A DNA stretch of 60,755 nucleotides from Acinetobacter sp. (GTDB lineage Bacteria > Pseudomonadota > Gammaproteobacteria > Pseudomonadales > Moraxellaceae). The notes under the pieces are model-generated. The model did no database searches and had not been told where the DNA came from. It saw only the letters and a list, made by a program, of their open reading frames with translations. Positions 59,057 through 60,755 of this stretch are shown here, piece by piece. The stretch is taken from contig JBHACK010000123.1 of assembly GCA_041854545.1 (NCBI GenBank), forward strand, positions 1-60,755. The letters are read 5' to 3'. The position numbers were made by a program, and so were the translations under genes. Each line of letters begins with the position of its first letter. The first letter of the stretch is position 1.

Positions 59057-59088
59057 CCTATAAAGACAGTTTAAGCTGTCTTTATAGG
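59057..59088. other. 13-bp inverted repeat (terminator or operator)
   Basis: CCTATAAAGACAG-TTTAAG-CTGTCTTTATAGG. Confidence 0.6.
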
Positions 59089-59105
59089 GTTATTTTTGAG
59101 TGTTA

Positions 59106-59465
59106 TTAGTTGTCGCTGATTTCTTCTTGAGCTATATGGATTATTTCATCAACTTTGTTCCACACAGCTTTGCGGATGCCCATTCCTTGTGGGCGGTTGA
59201 TGATTGCCTGTTCTAGGCTCCAGCGACAAGAGTTAATATCCATATTGAATGGAAGATTAGAGAAAAAACAGATGGCTTGTTGGCTTTTGATTTCCCACAA
59301 TCCTAACTCGATGTTTCCTTGAACATCATCTAATAATGCAGTTACATTGCGTGGATTTGTGGCTAACCATTGCTCATACATTTCTGGCACGTCAGAAATG
59401 CTCAAGTCTGGAATGGTCATATTGTGCTTTTTAAGATAGGCTTCACGGATTTGTTGTAAAGTCAT
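59106..59465 (-). CDS. Small hypothetical protein, candidate anti-defence/Acr
   Basis: Driven by the second copy of the promoter cassette. Confidence 0.7.
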   Translation of the reverse strand: MTLQQIREAYLKKHNMTIPDLSISDVPEMYEQWLATNPRNVTALLDDVQGNIELGLWEIKSQQAICFFSNLPFNMDINSCRWSLEQAIINRPQGMGIRKAVWNKVDEIIHIAQEEISDN

Positions 59466-59471
59466 TTTGAG

Positions 59472-59568
59472 AACTCCTGCCCATAAGGCGTTGGATTGTT
59501 GATTTGGGCTTTCGCCCTGTTGATGAGCTTATTATACGGTAACGTACGTTACCATGCAAGTACTTTTT
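59472..59568 (-). repeat. 97-bp direct repeat, copy 2
   Basis: See 56530-56626. Confidence 0.95.
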
Positions 59569-59587
59569 GCTATTTATTGACTATATT

Positions 59588-60199
59588 TTATTCTATTATA
59601 GAATGCTCCAACAAGCGACTTACAATCATAGTCTTCATTGCGATATGAAAAGAGCAGTATAATCCTACAGCCAAACCCAAATAATAATAAACAATCTCAT
59701 TGTAAGTAGTTAGTGTAATCCAATTTGTATGGATAGGTACAAATAAGCAAAAATCAAGTAATAAGTAAACTACAAATGCAAGAACAGAAATGATTTTATA
59801 TTTTCTATTGCTGAACAAGATATTAAACTTAATTGAATGACTAGGTTTAATATCAACGAGCAAAAAAGGAAAACAATCATAAATATTTTTCGCATTATCT
59901 TCCAAATCATTAACATTTCTATCTATTAAGTGAAAGATAAGTTGAAATTTATATTTATTGTGTAAAAGTAAAGTATTCAGCCTAGCTTGAATAACACTTG
60001 CAGGCATATTTTGATTTTCTTTAAACTCATTGTATAACTCATGTATTTTTTGAATGTTTTCTAATTTTTCATTATATATAACTTTTAAGTTATTATTTAT
60101 TTTGTATCCACGATATAATCTATAAATAAAGTATATGAAAAAGGCAATCAATGAATATTCAGTATAATTTTGAAAACTGGATAAAATAGAAGAGTGCAT
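59588..60199 (-). CDS. Very AT-rich three-TM membrane protein (moron)
   Basis: One N-terminal and two C-terminal TM helices; promoter-like TTGCAA-17-CATGAT at 60282-60310. Confidence 0.65.
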   Translation of the reverse strand: MHSSILSSFQNYTEYSLIAFFIYFIYRLYRGYKINNNLKVIYNEKLENIQKIHELYNEFKENQNMPASVIQARLNTLLLHNKYKFQLIFHLIDRNVNDLEDNAKNIYDCFPFLLVDIKPSHSIKFNILFSNRKYKIISVLAFVVYLLLDFCLFVPIHTNWITLTTYNEIVYYYLGLAVGLYCSFHIAMKTMIVSRLLEHSIIE

Positions 60200-60312
60200 A
60201 TATCACCATGTTTGAAAATAGGCAGAATAGAGCAGGTTTATTTTTCAGTAGACCAATAGTAGACTTCTGACTTATTGTTATATCATGCCAAAGATTGAAA
60301 TATATTGCAAAG

Positions 60313-60346
60313 AAAAAGAGATTGAATCACTCAATCTCTTGTTTTT
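60313..60346. terminator. Terminator hairpin downstream of the tRNA fragment
   Basis: AAGAGATTGA-ATCAC-TCAATCTCTT flanked by A and T tracts. Confidence 0.65.
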
Positions 60347-60394
60347 TAATAAAATTATTGCTATATCTTGTAATAGTATAAGATTTTTAGCTTA

Positions 60395-60434
60395 ATTATG
60401 AGTCCGCTGCTCTAACCGACTGAGCTATAGGCCC
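60395..60434 (-). tRNA. 5' half of tRNA-Ile2 (CAU), truncated after the anticodon loop; prophage att junction
   Basis: GGGCCTATAGCTCAGTCGGTTAGAGCAGCGGACTCATAAT, then no T-arm or acceptor 3' strand. Confidence 0.85.
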
Positions 60435-60449
60435 GATAAAGATGGGCGT

Positions 60450-60478
60450 ATTATATAGAAATCAAAATTAAAATACAA
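60450..60478 (-). promoter_or_regulatory. Host stable-RNA promoter TTGTAT-17-TATAAT with GC discriminator
   Basis: TATAAT-ACGCCC directly upstream of the tRNA fragment. Confidence 0.7.
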
Positions 60479-60595
60479 TAGGGAAGATGTAAGATGATAT
60501 TGTTAAACTCTTTATTTTCAAAAGATATTTTAAAATTTTAGAGAAAACCGTTGATTCTCATCATTATTATTTAAAACGGTTTTCTCTTATGATAC

Positions 60596-60754
60596 TTAAC
60601 AAGCGACTTTATGAGTCCACGTTGTGCGTGAAAGTGTAGTAATCATCATCGCATGACCACGTTGATTGACTTCAAAATCAACACTTTGACCAAGTTTAGG
60701 TAAATCTTTTGCCATCCATTGAGAATAAGAAAAAACAAATTGTTGTTTTCCGCA
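60596..60754 (-). CDS. 3' part of a host gene, possibly a cold-shock-like OB fold
   Basis: Open frame CGKQQFVFSYSQW..DLPKLGQSVDFEV...C*; inverted repeat GAGAAAACCGTT at 60541-60586 downstream. Confidence 0.45.
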   Translation of the reverse strand, partial: CGKQQFVFSYSQWMAKDLPKLGQSVDFEVNQRGHAMMITTLSRTTWTHKVAC

Positions 60755-60755
60755 A

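Larger units (their letters stand above)
1..60395. mobile_element. Prophage (P1-like myovirus virion genes plus lambdoid early genes); left end lies outside the window
   Basis: Continuous phage genes (terminase, portal, capsid, sheath, baseplate, lysin, tyrosine recombinase) ending at a broken tRNA gene. Confidence 0.93.

Noticed and set aside
60200-60400. Group I intron in tRNA-Ile(CAU), as in Azoarcus
   Set aside because: Only a partial AAGATATAG S-like string close to the junction; no P7 partner or core elements, and no 3' exon found downstream.
60609-60618. Second TTATGAGTCC copy near the tRNA as an att duplicate
   Set aside because: 10 bp, inside a host-side ORF and on the wrong side of the junction.

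Overview
Almost the whole window (1 to ~60395) is the right-hand part of an AT-rich prophage in a probable Moraxellaceae host (inferred from the tRNA sequence and gene style). It runs from a lambdoid replication/nin-type early region (1-5.0 kb) into a shuffled phage P1-like myovirus virion module: capsid, portal, protease, sheath, tube, baseplate, fibres, terminase and a Dar antirestriction set (DarA, Hdf, DdrA-like, DdrB-like, DarB, Ulx-like). A lysis cassette, an accessory/anti-defence island and a tyrosine recombinase follow. The prophage ends at a truncated 5' half of tRNA-Ile(CAU). Main non-obvious signals: (1) a one-spacer type I-F mini-CRISPR unit with its own promoter and terminator, next to duplicated acr-like promoter/operator cassettes; (2) two nuclease-like domains, each followed by an antisense sigma70 promoter driving a structured RNA, one of ~240 nt with a pseudoknot and one hidden inside a CDS; (3) a 15-copy GGAA-N30-(-10) late-promoter motif; (4) at least 43 copies of the 7-mer CGCCGTG together with apparent GATC avoidance; (5) an F-D-S motif shared by head proteins. 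P1 homologue names come from motif recognition and recall, not database searches, and need HMM confirmation.
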